From a virus: a DNA stretch of 64,000 nucleotides. Location: the IMG/VR virus record IMGVR_UViG_3300028388_001285, positions 1 through 64,000 of that record. One strand, written 5' to 3'. The number at the start of each line of letters is the position of its first letter. Position 1 is the first letter of the stretch. Position numbers and translations under genes: made by a program. Shown here piece by piece: positions 1-9,446 of this stretch. Under the pieces are notes generated by a model. It had not been told where the DNA came from and did not search any database. It saw nothing but the letters and a program-made list of their open reading frames with translations.

Positions 1-88
1 TGGAGGCTAAGATATTAGGCTGGTACTCGAAACATAAAGATCAGGATTTCGCGGATTACTTCGGCATAGTTACATCAAAAGGAGGATA

Positions 89-376
89 ATGAGAGAATAT
101 GAAATATGGGTAGGGTACTACCAACTGGGACAAGGGCATCATGGTTCAACCGAACCTAAATTGTGCGGTAAAGAAAAAGCAATTAATTTTAAGATGGCGT
201 GCTTTAAGCATGAATTGAAGTCTACTTTGGCTAGTGTTGAGAGACAGGAATTAAATAAACGGGTGGATTCACAATCCCCACAGTGGTGGTATGACCCGCA
301 CTCTAATAGTAATAGTTGGTTAGGGAAGTACTACGAGACTAAAGAAGAGGCTCAGGAATCATTCAAAAGAGGATAA
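89..376 (+). CDS. hypothetical phage protein
   Basis: 95-aa ORF with GGAGG upstream and a TAA stop. Confidence 0.7.
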   Translation: MREYEIWVGYYQLGQGHHGSTEPKLCGKEKAINFKMACFKHELKSTLASVERQELNKRVDSQSPQWWYDPHSNSNSWLGKYYETKEEAQESFKRG

Positions 377-388
377 TAACACAACAAC

Positions 389-580
389 ATGGGAAAAGAT
401 AAGATAACATCAGAAGAATTTGGAGGTAGTTTTTTTAAATCGTGTACTGATCCATTCGATGACATGTTAAAATGTTTGCAGAAGATGTTTGAGAAAGGTG
501 AGATTACTAAAGAAGACTTATTGAAAAAGGTAGACGAACTGGCCGCAGGGTTGGAGAAAAAAATAAAAAAAGAAGAATAA
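389..580 (+). CDS. small hypothetical protein
   Basis: 63-aa ORF in a tightly packed + strand run. Confidence 0.6.
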   Translation: MGKDKITSEEFGGSFFKSCTDPFDDMLKCLQKMFEKGEITKEDLLKKVDELAAGLEKKIKKEE

Positions 581-667
581 TATGACCTATTTATTTTTAG
601 CCGCTATCGCGGCATTTGTATTTACGATACTAGCTGCATTAGCTAGAAATTATAACGATAAGAAATA

Positions 668-979
668 ATGAGTAATTATATAGAGTTTTTAAAGAAGTAT
701 GAGAAGAAGCTGAAGAATGATAAGGAAATAGCAGGTAGGACACGAGAGAAAGATTGGATGTGCGATTTCACTGAAAGGATCACATTCTATGTGTCCGTTG
801 ATTCTCACATACCTAGTGCAACTTTAGACTATCGTAGGTCTGATAAGAAGCTATTTGCATTAGATGCTGAAGATCTAGAGTACTTTAGTAGGAAGTATGG
901 ATATAAGGCATGTGAAGAGAAGAAAAGGAAGATTGAAGAAATAAACAAGGAGTATGAAAAATACTGTGGCGCAGATTAA
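668..979 (+). CDS. hypothetical phage protein
   Basis: 103-aa ORF with a TAATG overlap at the start. Confidence 0.65.
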   Translation: MSNYIEFLKKYEKKLKNDKEIAGRTREKDWMCDFTERITFYVSVDSHIPSATLDYRRSDKKLFALDAEDLEYFSRKYGYKACEEKKRKIEEINKEYEKYCGAD

Positions 980-1210
980 CAGAAACAGACTCCGTTTTAA
1001 ATAGAAATTTTATTATTTGATATAATAGGACGTTTGAGAAACGTTCCGTATAATTGTGAATTATGAATGCTAGAATTAGAAGAAAACCTTATATTATAAG
1101 AAAGGTTGCCGGATTATGGAGAAGATTTTTACGTAGAAAATCAAATTAATTCTGATATATTAGGAATTTGGAGTTATTTGTATTATAATATATATGTCTA
1201 AATGAAGTTA

Positions 1211-1432
1211 GACTCTGTGGCCAAGTGGCTTAGTACCCGAAAGGGGAGGTTCCCTGCAAGATTCCCACAGATGCACTTTTAGATACGAGAAACATAGAGT
1301 ACGTCCGGGGGCACACAAGCCTGAGATGAATACCCGGCAAGAGCACCTTAAGGTCCGCCGTACGAAGATCTCGACAATTAGACCAGACTGGTAAACGGAT
1401 AAAGCGACATTGAATCGTTAGGGGGAACCCTT
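1211..1432. other. GC-rich structured intergenic island (candidate ncRNA or origin element)
   Basis: TCTGTGG(1214-1220) pairs with CCACAGA(1265-1271); CCC-GAAA-GGG tetraloop hairpin; GGTTCCCT(1248-1255) is complementary to AGGGGGAACC(1420-1429); both flanks are very AT-rich. Confidence 0.35.
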
Positions 1433-1498
1433 TTCTAATACAGACTAAATAATTAACTTAATTAATTAGAATATTTAAATATCGCCGGGGCGAACTAT

Positions 1499-1969
1499 AT
1501 GACAATAGAAGTGAGTAAAATTTGGGACATGTTCCCAGAGGATATCGAGTATCCGTCAGATGAAGTTCTGAGGAAGGGACTACAAAAGGGAATACTTTAC
1601 TCTTATGTTAGTGACTCATATATACAGGGGTTGATGAACTATCTAGGTAAGTGCATATATGCTGTACACATAGAGAGATACAACAAGGAGAAGCCTTCTA
1701 AAATAGAAGGTAATCCAGTACACTTCTCTACCAGAAGTTTGGATGACGATTCTTTGTACGTATTCCAAGATGGGGAAGAACAGTTCCTGGTGTATTATGA
1801 TTGGGACGTATCTGACTGTATGATTGGGCAATTTGTCGGAACTATACCTAAGAAGTTGGTAAAGACTTTAGTGCGGAATTGGCTGGACGAAAAACCTTTT
1901 AAAGGTTATGGTGGCAAAGGTAGGTACACGGAATTAGATGTAAGTAAAATAAAAGGATGATTATCATAA
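1499..1969 (+). CDS. hypothetical protein
   Basis: 153-aa ORF ending TGA at 1960; TAA follows three codons later if TGA is read through. Confidence 0.7.
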
Positions 1970-2039
1970 AAACAGTAAATTATGGATTGTAGTATTATAT
2001 GTGCCTATTGTGATGTAAGAAGAAACTTCAAAAAGTATA

Positions 2040-2432
2040 ATGGATATAATAAGTAAATTGCCTAAGGTTACTGAGAGTTTCGAGGCTTTCCTCAAGGATG
2101 TCAAGTTGATTGGACCTAATGGGTTACCTATAGAAAGGCGAGGATTCTTCAGTGTCGGCAATGGTTGGTTACCACTGATGGTGGAGCTTATCATGAAGAT
2201 GATTGACGCTGGATGGAATAAACGAACCTTACAGGTCAAGGAGAAATTCGGAGGACTGCGATTCTATATTGGATTAGGTAATGATCGCATATGGGAACTA
2301 CTAGAGGAATACGAGGATAAAAGCTTTGAGACTTGTGAAAGTTGCGGAGCTCCTGGAAAAGTAGTGCAGAGATATGGGTGGTTAGCTACTATGTGTAATG
2401 AATGTAGCGATCATCTTGGATACAAAGAATAG
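2040..2432 (+). CDS. conserved phage protein with QVKEKFGGLRFY motif and C-terminal Zn ribbon
   Basis: GNGW...QVKEKFGGLRFY...CESCG...MCNEC, a motif set widespread in phage hypothetical proteins. Confidence 0.8.
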   Translation: MDIISKLPKVTESFEAFLKDVKLIGPNGLPIERRGFFSVGNGWLPLMVELIMKMIDAGWNKRTLQVKEKFGGLRFYIGLGNDRIWELLEEYEDKSFETCESCGAPGKVVQRYGWLATMCNECSDHLGYKE

Positions 2433-2513
2433 AGTGTCCGACATGTGAAAGTACGATAAGGGTTGGAGTCCCACCCACGATATTTAGATTATGTGGTAAT
2501 TGCAAAAAGAAGC

Positions 2514-2645
2514 ATGAAGATAACTTTGATGAATCCGCGACAAATGGTTGTCTGCGGGAGTTGTAATAAGATAATGGTACAGGGCAACGATCAACCAGCA
2601 CCGCTAGTTGGTAAGTGCCTATCATGCCAATTAAAGGATAAATAA
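2514..2645 (+). CDS. small Zn-finger-like protein
   Basis: MKITLMNP...CGSC...CLSC; TAA overlaps the next ATG. Confidence 0.45.
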   Translation: MKITLMNPRQMVVCGSCNKIMVQGNDQPAPLVGKCLSCQLKDK

Positions 2646-2998
2646 TGGCAGAATTGGGTGAAAAGATAGCGAGTTTGGAGAATTTCGTACTAAGTACTGA
2701 TACTTTCTTTGATGAGACGCTACAGAAACAAACTACTATGGCTTTGATCACACACGTAGATTTTGGTACGGTGATCGAGCGTCAAGTTTTACATAGTCCG
2801 GATAACTTCTCTCCGGTGTATCAGCTTATTCTAATGGCTGTACAAGATCTAATAAATACTACTCTGGAAGGTAAACCCAAGACTCACAGGAAGGAAGATG
2901 GTAAGGTAGAGGTATCACCTGCATGGGGTAAGAAGTTCGGTAGGTGGTATATATTAGGAGAAGATGGTAAGACGAAAATCTGGGAAAGACGAGACTAA
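2645..2998 (+). CDS. hypothetical protein
   Basis: 117-aa ORF coupled to the upstream gene by TAATG. Confidence 0.7.
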   Translation: MAELGEKIASLENFVLSTDTFFDETLQKQTTMALITHVDFGTVIERQVLHSPDNFSPVYQLILMAVQDLINTTLEGKPKTHRKEDGKVEVSPAWGKKFGRWYILGEDGKTKIWERRD

Positions 2999-2999
2999 T

Positions 3000-3305
3000 A
3001 TGGATATTGGAATAGGAATTTACGCGTACTTCCAGCCTGTAGCGGTTGAGGACATTGACGAGAAAGATGCAGTCTATTATTACCATGAGGAAAGTGATCA
3101 GGCTTATGAGGTAACTGAGGATGAGATTACTCCTGGGATATCTTATTATAGATTAGTGGTAGGAAATGTTATTCCGGAGGATGCTGAGAAATGGGCTGCT
3201 ACAACTAAGTATATTTGGAGACGACTTACGACGACTGAAAAAGAACAACTAGATGAGCAAAAAAACAGTGTTTACACAGACGTGTTACTGCGAGAGATGC
3301 GATAA
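3000..3305 (+). CDS. hypothetical acidic protein
   Basis: likely start at ATG 3000 (MDIGIG), just after the upstream stop. Confidence 0.65.
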   Translation: MDIGIGIYAYFQPVAVEDIDEKDAVYYYHEESDQAYEVTEDEITPGISYYRLVVGNVIPEDAEKWAATTKYIWRRLTTTEKEQLDEQKNSVYTDVLLREMR

Positions 3306-3402
3306 ATTTATGTGGTCTGCGGCATCTACATATGATGAGATTGTATATAGTGTTTGCAATGACTGCGATAAGAAATCGACTGGAATAATGATTGCAACGT
3401 AA
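3253..3402 (+). CDS. small Zn-ribbon protein
   Basis: MSKKTVFTQTCYCERC...CNDC, 49 aa; TAA overlaps the next ATG. Confidence 0.5.
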   Translation: MSKKTVFTQTCYCERCDKFMWSAASTYDEIVYSVCNDCDKKSTGIMIAT

Positions 3403-3680
3403 TGAGAATATTATTCACTGATAATCATAACGGACATTGTTATAAGAATCCTGAAGCCACTCTAGTGAGGGTGATAGCTCCAATGAGTAAGAAGCAGCTG
3501 AAGGAAAGTTTTAAGGAGATTGAAAACAAGCAACCTGGAGTAAGCCATATTGGAGGTTCATGACTATATATACTAAGGCACAGTGGTGTTAAGTACAATG
3601 TACTTAGGAGAGCTTGGGAAGAGGACTTCAAAAAGAAGGACTGAGATATGAAATATGAACTAATAACCGGCAATTATTAG
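3402..3680 (+). CDS. hypothetical protein (2 in-frame TGA)
   Basis: 92-aa ORF only under TGA=Trp; fills a gap, starts at a TAATG overlap, ends TAG. Confidence 0.6.
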
Positions 3681-3696
3681 GAACTTTGAGATAAAT

Positions 3697-3710
3697 GTTG
3701 TATATTTGTA
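3697..3710 (+). promoter_or_regulatory. Bacteroidota-type -7 promoter box TAnnTTTG
   Basis: TATATTTG at 3701-3708 in an intergenic gap just upstream of an ATG; the -33 element is not clearly placed. Confidence 0.45.
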
Positions 3711-3862
3711 ATAACATGGAGCGAGAAGTATACCAGAGATTAGCTGGGTTAATAATATTAGGCGGCAGCACAATTATAGCATTGTGAATAACCGCACTAG
3801 AACTAGCCGTAAGATTTTAGTTGGGGCTCCCAGCACACAGCCGCAGAAGGTCATCTTTGAGA

Positions 3863-4363
3863 GTGGTGAATGTTAGGAGAGAGGAAAAAGAAGAAAACTC
3901 AACTTGGTGAATATTGGCAATGGTAATAATGGGACTTGTGTTGGCAGCACGAGGCTGGACTTCTAACCCCGAATATGATAGCTCAATAGCCATAAATTCA
4001 AAGAGACTTGCGAAGATTGAAAAGAAGGAGGAGGAGACGAAGAACTCAGAACAGTATGTACTCTTGGCCGTACGCGACGGAAGCTATCCTTGCTACAATT
4101 GTCCCACCGGTACAATTAATCTCATCGAAGGAGATGTCTTTAAGTATGGGTGAACAACTAAAGGTAAGGCTAGGTACTCTTGATCAACCCTCGCGCAAGC
4201 GGGACTGGTTTATCTCCCGCAGCACAGAGGTACGGCTCAGGAATGTATGGTCCTAGAAATGAAGCGGATAATATTTTATCCTGCGGAGATTAGGTCTAAA
4301 GCAGTATTCGAACGGAATAATATAGTGCTACTGAGACCGCCAGGAAATAAACGAGACATATAA
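3863..4363 (+). CDS. membrane-anchored URI-fold (GIY-YIG-like) polymorphic-toxin-type nuclease domain protein (3 in-frame TGA)
   Basis: Read-through of TGA 3908, 4151 and 4181 gives an N-terminal TM helix plus QYVLLAVRDGSYP...GDVFKYG.TT...RYS...E...RPPGNKRD, resembling Bacteroidota Rhs toxin C-termini; start codon uncertain (3821-3866). Confidence 0.6.
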
Positions 4364-4632
4364 TGAGGAAGCTGAAGATGGTAACCCACTATGAGCTGAA
4401 TGAAATTATGGATAAGCTCATAGGAACTACAGTAGAATTCCACATAACCGGCACAGATTTTTTTACGTCAGGTATGGTAGATGTATCTACAAATGGAAAT
4501 GTGGTATGAGTACATAATACTGACAGGTTTAGATACTACTATGATTTAGAGAGTTTATTAACACATGATACTTGGTATCAAGTAAAAGAAGAAGAGGATG
4601 ATTTTAGCGATAACAGAAATAGCGCTGCGTAA
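4363..4632 (+). CDS. hypothetical protein (1 in-frame TGA)
   Basis: 89-aa ORF under TGA read-through; TAATG-coupled start. Confidence 0.55.
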
Positions 4633-4792
4633 TTATATGCTCTGGGGAAGTGCAGGTTTGATTACGCTTATAACTGGAGGATTAATGTACATTGGGTACA
4701 AGCAGGCTGATGACAACAGGGATATAGCGGACAAGATTTCAGACAGCGATTACGACAAAATGGAAGACGAGTATGGTAAATACGGTATGTAG
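4598..4792 (+). CDS. small membrane protein
   Basis: one hydrophobic helix followed by an acidic tail. Confidence 0.55.
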   Translation: MILAITEIALRNYMLWGSAGLITLITGGLMYIGYKQADDNRDIADKISDSDYDKMEDEYGKYGM

Positions 4793-4928
4793 TCACACAA
4801 TTGAAGTTACTAATTGCACTGTGAAGTGCGGTAGTTGTAACAAGGTAATCAGAGCAGGTGATCTCAATTGTACTGATTGGACCACGTGCTTCTGTTGTAA
4901 GAGTAGGATAAAAAGAGGTATGCGATAA
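4773..4928 (+). CDS. small Cys-rich protein
   Basis: MVNTVCSH...CGSC...TCFCC, 51 aa; TAA overlaps the next ATG. Confidence 0.45.
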   Translation: MVNTVCSHTIEVTNCTVKCGSCNKVIRAGDLNCTDWTTCFCCKSRIKRGMR

Positions 4929-5128
4929 TGGCGGACGTAATAATAGATAAGCAGGACGGTTATTTAACTGTAACGGTCAACGGCAAGGAAGTTGATTGGG
5001 AAGACAAAGCGAACGCATATATGCTTGTATGCGGGGAATGGCCGAATGAATTAGAGGATGCGGACGAAAGCAAGTTTCCAATAAAGCATACGATAGAAGT
5101 GGATGCAGAAGATGAGGATGATAGTTAG
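4928..5128 (+). CDS. hypothetical acidic protein
   Basis: 66-aa ORF. Confidence 0.6.
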   Translation: MADVIIDKQDGYLTVTVNGKEVDWEDKANAYMLVCGEWPNELEDADESKFPIKHTIEVDAEDEDDS

Positions 5129-5438
5129 TACGTTGATGCCATCGGGACTAATGGATCAGTTCCCTTATCATGAGGTATTCGACAAGATGAACAAGTGGTT
5201 AAGATTAATTCCAGAGGCTAGGAAAATAAAGAGCCTCGATAAGTTGATGGTTACCTTTGTAGGACCAATGCAGGAGTCCTCTGTTAGAGTAGATGAAGAG
5301 AACAAGAGGGCTAGTATTTCGGTTGTATGGGAACCTGGAGACGATGTGTTTAGGTCGTTAATATACGGTTTAGCACAGCTTGGAAAAGAATTTCAACCAC
5401 TCATTAGGAGAATTGAGAAAAGATTCTTAACTTTGTAA
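5103..5438 (+). CDS. hypothetical protein
   Basis: 111-aa ORF; start may be one of the downstream Met codons. Confidence 0.6.
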   Translation: MQKMRMIVSTLMPSGLMDQFPYHEVFDKMNKWLRLIPEARKIKSLDKLMVTFVGPMQESSVRVDEENKRASISVVWEPGDDVFRSLIYGLAQLGKEFQPLIRRIEKRFLTL

Positions 5439-5439
5439 T

Positions 5440-5814
5440 ATGAAAGAAGCGAGGATAGTAATAGCAGGTTCAAGAACATTTAAAAACTATGATCTCTTAA
5501 AGCAGGAAGCTTTTGATTTTATCATCTATAACTCAGATGTGAAACCAGAAGAGATAGAAATAGTTTCTGGATGTGCTAGGGGTGCCGATTCTCTCGGAGA
5601 GAAATTTGCTGAAGAGATGGGCTACACTGTTAAACAATTTCCTGCTGACTGAGAAGAACACGGTAAGAAGGCTGGATTTATTAGGAATCAGCAAATGGCC
5701 GATTATGCTACACATGTAATTGCCTTCTACCAACCCGGCTCTAAAGGAACAAAGGACATGATCCGCAGAGCGTTGAAACAAGATTTAATATTAAAAGTAA
5801 TAACTTGGAATTAA
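5440..5814 (+). CDS. SLOG-superfamily (YspA/DUF2493-like) protein (1 in-frame TGA)
   Basis: IVIAGSRTF...IVSGCARGADSLGE...FPAD[TGA]EEHGKKAGFIRNQQMADYA; the family motif is FPADW..HGK.AG.IRN..M. Confidence 0.9.
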
Positions 5815-6002
5815 TGGAACAAGTAGTATTCAAACTTAACAAGAATGAGGCCAGCGCTGTAGTGCAGGTGGTGGGACAATTACCAACTAGCTCTAATGCA
5901 TGGGTACTCTACAATAAATTACTTGCTCAGTTTAACGAGCAGACGCAAGAACAGCAAGACGAATCTGAACCTGAGACAGAGGTTCAAGAAGAAAATAAAT
6001 AA
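5814..6002 (+). CDS. hypothetical protein
   Basis: ATG overlaps the TAA of the read-through SLOG gene. Confidence 0.65.
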   Translation: MEQVVFKLNKNEASAVVQVVGQLPTSSNAWVLYNKLLAQFNEQTQEQQDESEPETEVQEENK

Positions 6003-6075
6003 ACGTGAAAAATAAAGTTCCAGTTTTCAGATTGGTAGGAAGTGATGATCGGGGCTAAACACGATTAACCCTAAC

Positions 6076-6453
6076 ATGGGGGAGATACTATCCGAGGCTG
6101 AAATTAGACTACTAGCGGAATTTATTCTTTTACCAGAGAAGTTCTCTTACCAACGGTTTTCGAAACATGCGAAAGATAAAGTGCTGACACAGTGTAGAGA
6201 GCATGGTTGGGACATCACGAGAGTGAATCTCAACAACAAATTGTACTCTATGATTGGTAAGGGTATTCTTAGGAGAGATGACGATTCCGTGATCTATATT
6301 CAGACTTCCGTATTAGAAGGGGCTTTAGCAGTAGTTAGAGGTTGTACTGAAAGCGGGAGTCACGATTTAGTAATAAGATTTTCAATAGATGATACGAAAG
6401 AAGATAGACGGCCTGATACAGCTGACAGCGGAAGCTCTGGAGATGGAGCCTAA
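6076..6453 (+). CDS. putative winged-HTH DNA-binding protein
   Basis: helical pattern ending NLNNKLYSMIGKGILRRD. Confidence 0.5.
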   Translation: MGEILSEAEIRLLAEFILLPEKFSYQRFSKHAKDKVLTQCREHGWDITRVNLNNKLYSMIGKGILRRDDDSVIYIQTSVLEGALAVVRGCTESGSHDLVIRFSIDDTKEDRRPDTADSGSSGDGA

Positions 6454-6730
6454 GGTTGTCAAACACGCCGTTAAATCACAATTTAAATTTATAAGGGACT
6501 GAACGAATGACCCCAAAAAAGCTTCAATATTACTTCATGAGTTGGGTACCTTCTATCTTAACAAAGATGCTATCTACAATAGGATTGTTCGGAAAGCTAT
6601 ACCACAGATTAGACGCTATGGTAAGGAAGATTGGGCAGTCGACTATTTATGTCACTTACGCAAATTGCGTAGATTATCTCTGGACTATCATCGGAGCAAG
6701 AAGAAAAAGAACAAGACAAAAAATGGATAA
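6389..6730 (+). CDS. HU/IHF-like DNA-binding protein (1 in-frame TGA at 6500)
   Basis: MIRKKIDGLIQLTAEALEMEPKVVKHAVKSQFKFIRD[TGA]TNDPKKASILLHELGTFYLN, an HU-like helix-helix-strand pattern with L..LGTF. Confidence 0.6.
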
Positions 6731-7118
6731 GGAGTTTTCGTTTATAATCCAAGGACAGAAAGGAATCCTTTTGCAGTTGGATGAACTCAAAGGGAACTAT
6801 GACCCAGACTCACCCATCTATGTACCTAACTTTAAGGACGGGCATACTGATGGAGGCAAGATCGCAGCTAAAATCGACAACATGGAGAAATATGCGACGA
6901 TTGCTACTGTACTACAGATTTCTGATAAAGCCGCAGAGCTTATGAAGGAAGATGGCATGGACATTCAAATAGGTGATCGGGTCTATGTTGATCCCGTCGC
7001 AAAACATGCGCGGAATTGGTTTATTCCAGACAGGCATTACACAGTCAAAAATTATACTGGTATGCTACTGGTACACCCTAATAATATACAAGCTAGAGAA
7101 AAAAGAGAAAATGGCTAA
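6723..7118 (+). CDS. GroES-like co-chaperonin
   Basis: ILLQL...SPIYVP...ATVLQIS...IQIGDRVYV...LLVHPNNIQA mirrors the GroES strand pattern; true start is probably ATG 6723, not 6507. Confidence 0.55.
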   Translation: MDKEFSFIIQGQKGILLQLDELKGNYDPDSPIYVPNFKDGHTDGGKIAAKIDNMEKYATIATVLQISDKAAELMKEDGMDIQIGDRVYVDPVAKHARNWFIPDRHYTVKNYTGMLLVHPNNIQAREKRENG

Positions 7119-7437
7119 CAAAATTAATTTTAACAAAATTTCTAAAGCAGATCTCACCAAGGAGTACAAAGCATTAGCATCCAGTAGTATGGAAATCCAA
7201 GCTAAGTATGGAGCACTTATGAGTGAGAACAAAGATTTGAAAGACAAAATCCAAGGCGTACTTGCATGTATCCTGGAACTTATTGGATCTTTTGAAACAC
7301 CAGTGAAAGTAAAATGGTGGTGGTTTATTACTAACCTTGGAAAGATTCAGCGTACAATCGAATGTATTGGTGCCGCTGTAAAGTCCAATCCTAGTCTTAG
7401 AGCTACAGCGCTGGGCGTCGAATTAAAAAAGAAGTAA
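7111..7437 (+). CDS. coiled-coil hypothetical protein
   Basis: MANKINFNK start overlaps the upstream stop. Confidence 0.65.
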   Translation: MANKINFNKISKADLTKEYKALASSSMEIQAKYGALMSENKDLKDKIQGVLACILELIGSFETPVKVKWWWFITNLGKIQRTIECIGAAVKSNPSLRATALGVELKKK

Positions 7438-7438
7438 A

Positions 7439-7957
7439 GTGAAACTGAAGGATATTACCGTAAAGAACGTAAGAAATTTTTTAGAAGGTAATTACAAGAT
7501 GCGCGTACAAGGATACAAACATCTTCCTAAGCATCATCAAGAGCAAGTGGAGTATCGTGCCTTACTTTGCGCTGACTGTTTAAAAGCAGGAAAGTGTAAG
7601 GTATGTGGGTGCGGCACTCCCGGACTCTTCTTCGCACCTAATAAGGTGGACTCCAAAAAAAGATGGGGTAAGATGATGGATGCAACTGCTTGGGAAGTCT
7701 TCAAGAAATCTAACGAGTACCGACAAAAAGTATTAGATGCAATTAATAGAGACACTCCAAACATGGTTACCGATAATACTCCCAAGCCTGACATTCCTAG
7801 CGGGGATGTGGATAGCATGGTTATTGTGCAACCAAAGAGTGAAGAAGGTCCACTCCAAATACGACAAGTGGTGGTACACAGCTCTCAAGGAAGCGGAAAA
7901 AGCGGAGGTTCCGAAAGTGGAACTGAACATGGAGAAGAAGTCAGTAGTAATGCATAA
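7439..7957 (+). CDS. Zn-binding hypothetical protein
   Basis: RALLCADC...KCKVCGC...KKRWG motif. Confidence 0.65.
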   Translation: MKLKDITVKNVRNFLEGNYKMRVQGYKHLPKHHQEQVEYRALLCADCLKAGKCKVCGCGTPGLFFAPNKVDSKKRWGKMMDATAWEVFKKSNEYRQKVLDAINRDTPNMVTDNTPKPDIPSGDVDSMVIVQPKSEEGPLQIRQVVVHSSQGSGKSGGSESGTEHGEEVSSNA

Positions 7958-7969
7958 AACGTACGATTA

Positions 7970-8470
7970 ATGAATGTACTAACAACATTTGATTTAGATG
8001 TAGACTTCTTTGAGGCTAACGCGCAATTGAAGATTGCTTTTAATGATGTAATTAAAACCAAAGGTGAGGAAGCTTCACAGTTCATGTGGTCAATCGCACT
8101 GATGGTCCACCCAGATTCCAAGTACCATAACACTAGTACAAGCTTTAGACAAAAGTTAATTAGAGATGAGTACTTCGCTATAGACTGGGAAGATGAATTC
8201 ACTATTGAAACAATTGATAAATTTAAACATCTTTGCCTAACTAAACAACAGCAGTTTCTCATAGCTTGAGAAAACAAGTTGGAAGAGCGAGATCGTTTTA
8301 TCGAATCGGAACCATACTCAGAAGACAACTATGAAATGCTAGAAAAGCTCATGGGTAATTCTGATAAAATGTGGGAAAGGTACAAGAAATGTTTAAAAGA
8401 TGTTGAGGATGAAAAAGCACACATTAGTGGTGGAGCGATGGAATCACTCGGCGAACAAAATATTATATAA
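7970..8470 (+). CDS. conserved crAss-like phage protein (1 in-frame TGA at 8267)
   Basis: ORFs 7970-8269 and 8279-8470 are in frame: FLIA[TGA]ENKLEERDRFI...GGAMESLGE. Confidence 0.75.
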
Positions 8471-8471
8471 T

Positions 8472-9221
8472 ATGTTTAAGAACTTATCGTTGATATTTGG
8501 AGGATTGTTAATCCTTTTGATAGCAACCACAATATTCCATAAGTGTCAGTCAGACCGTCACATTGACGATGTCTCAACGGCTTTGGAATTCGCGGAACAG
8601 AAAGCTCATGTGAATGACTCTTTGTTACAAGTAAACAATGAACAGTGGGATATAGAAGAAGCTAAGTTGCTCGATTCTATTATGACACTGAACGATGAAT
8701 TAGAAGCTCGGCCCCAGATCATTAGATGGGCATACGGGAAATCTTATAAAGACGAATACAGAATTGCACAAGATTCATTAGAGCACTACAAGGCAATTGC
8801 GGATTTGTATGATACAATAGTACCAAAATTACAGAACGAACTTATAGCGACAGCAGATGCTTTGTTTGCAGCTGAGTGTGCTAGAGATTCGGCAGTACAA
8901 GCATTGTGGGAATATACCCCAGATGACTATGTATTTAAAAATGATTCAGTATCATTCCATTTAACTTACGAAGCTGATACAACTAGTTTGTATGATCCAG
9001 AAGTAGGGCATATGGTAGAGACCCGGCAAGTTACACCGGTACTCACATATGAGATCACAGTAAAACCAAAATTTTATATTAAGGAATTACGTAAACGCAA
9101 GTTATTCAAACGAGGCATTTACGAGATAGGTGTGATATCAAATAATCCAGGAGTATTATTTGAAGACAATACAGCACCAGTAAGGTTTAAAAAAGGCACT
9201 CTAGTATGGAATCGAAAATAA
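8472..9221 (+). CDS. membrane-anchored coiled-coil protein, putative spanin
   Basis: N-terminal TM helix, long coiled coil and beta-rich C-terminus. Confidence 0.5.
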   Translation: MFKNLSLIFGGLLILLIATTIFHKCQSDRHIDDVSTALEFAEQKAHVNDSLLQVNNEQWDIEEAKLLDSIMTLNDELEARPQIIRWAYGKSYKDEYRIAQDSLEHYKAIADLYDTIVPKLQNELIATADALFAAECARDSAVQALWEYTPDDYVFKNDSVSFHLTYEADTTSLYDPEVGHMVETRQVTPVLTYEITVKPKFYIKELRKRKLFKRGIYEIGVISNNPGVLFEDNTAPVRFKKGTLVWNRK

Positions 9222-9272
9222 GAAAAGACGGAGACTGTGACAGTTGTATACTTAGTGAATATTGCAACGGCA

Positions 9273-9351
9273 GTTGTTAGGAAATCGCCTTAGGATCGGT
9301 AGTGGTCCAGTGTTTCTGGGCTGCTATCGGCTAAGGTAAAACACTACAACT
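9273..9351 (+). other. long irregular intergenic RNA hairpin
   Basis: nested pairings AGTTGT/ACAACT, GCCTTAG/CTAAGGT and GTAGTGGTCCAG/CTGGGCTGCTAT. Confidence 0.55.
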
Positions 9352-9446
9352 ATGGGCAAACAAATTTCAGTGAAACCGAAGAAGATAGCTAAGAGAGAAG
9401 GCAAGAAAAAGGAAGTTAAGAAAGTAACACCTAGAAGGAATTAGAT

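Noticed and set aside
1315-1375. Hammerhead ribozyme
   Set aside because: CTGAGATGA does not match the CUGANGA core, and no properly placed GAAA and stems were found.
6507-6722. N-terminal 72 aa of track ORF 6507-7118
   Set aside because: It overlaps the HU-like gene in another frame; the ATG at 6723 is the more plausible start.
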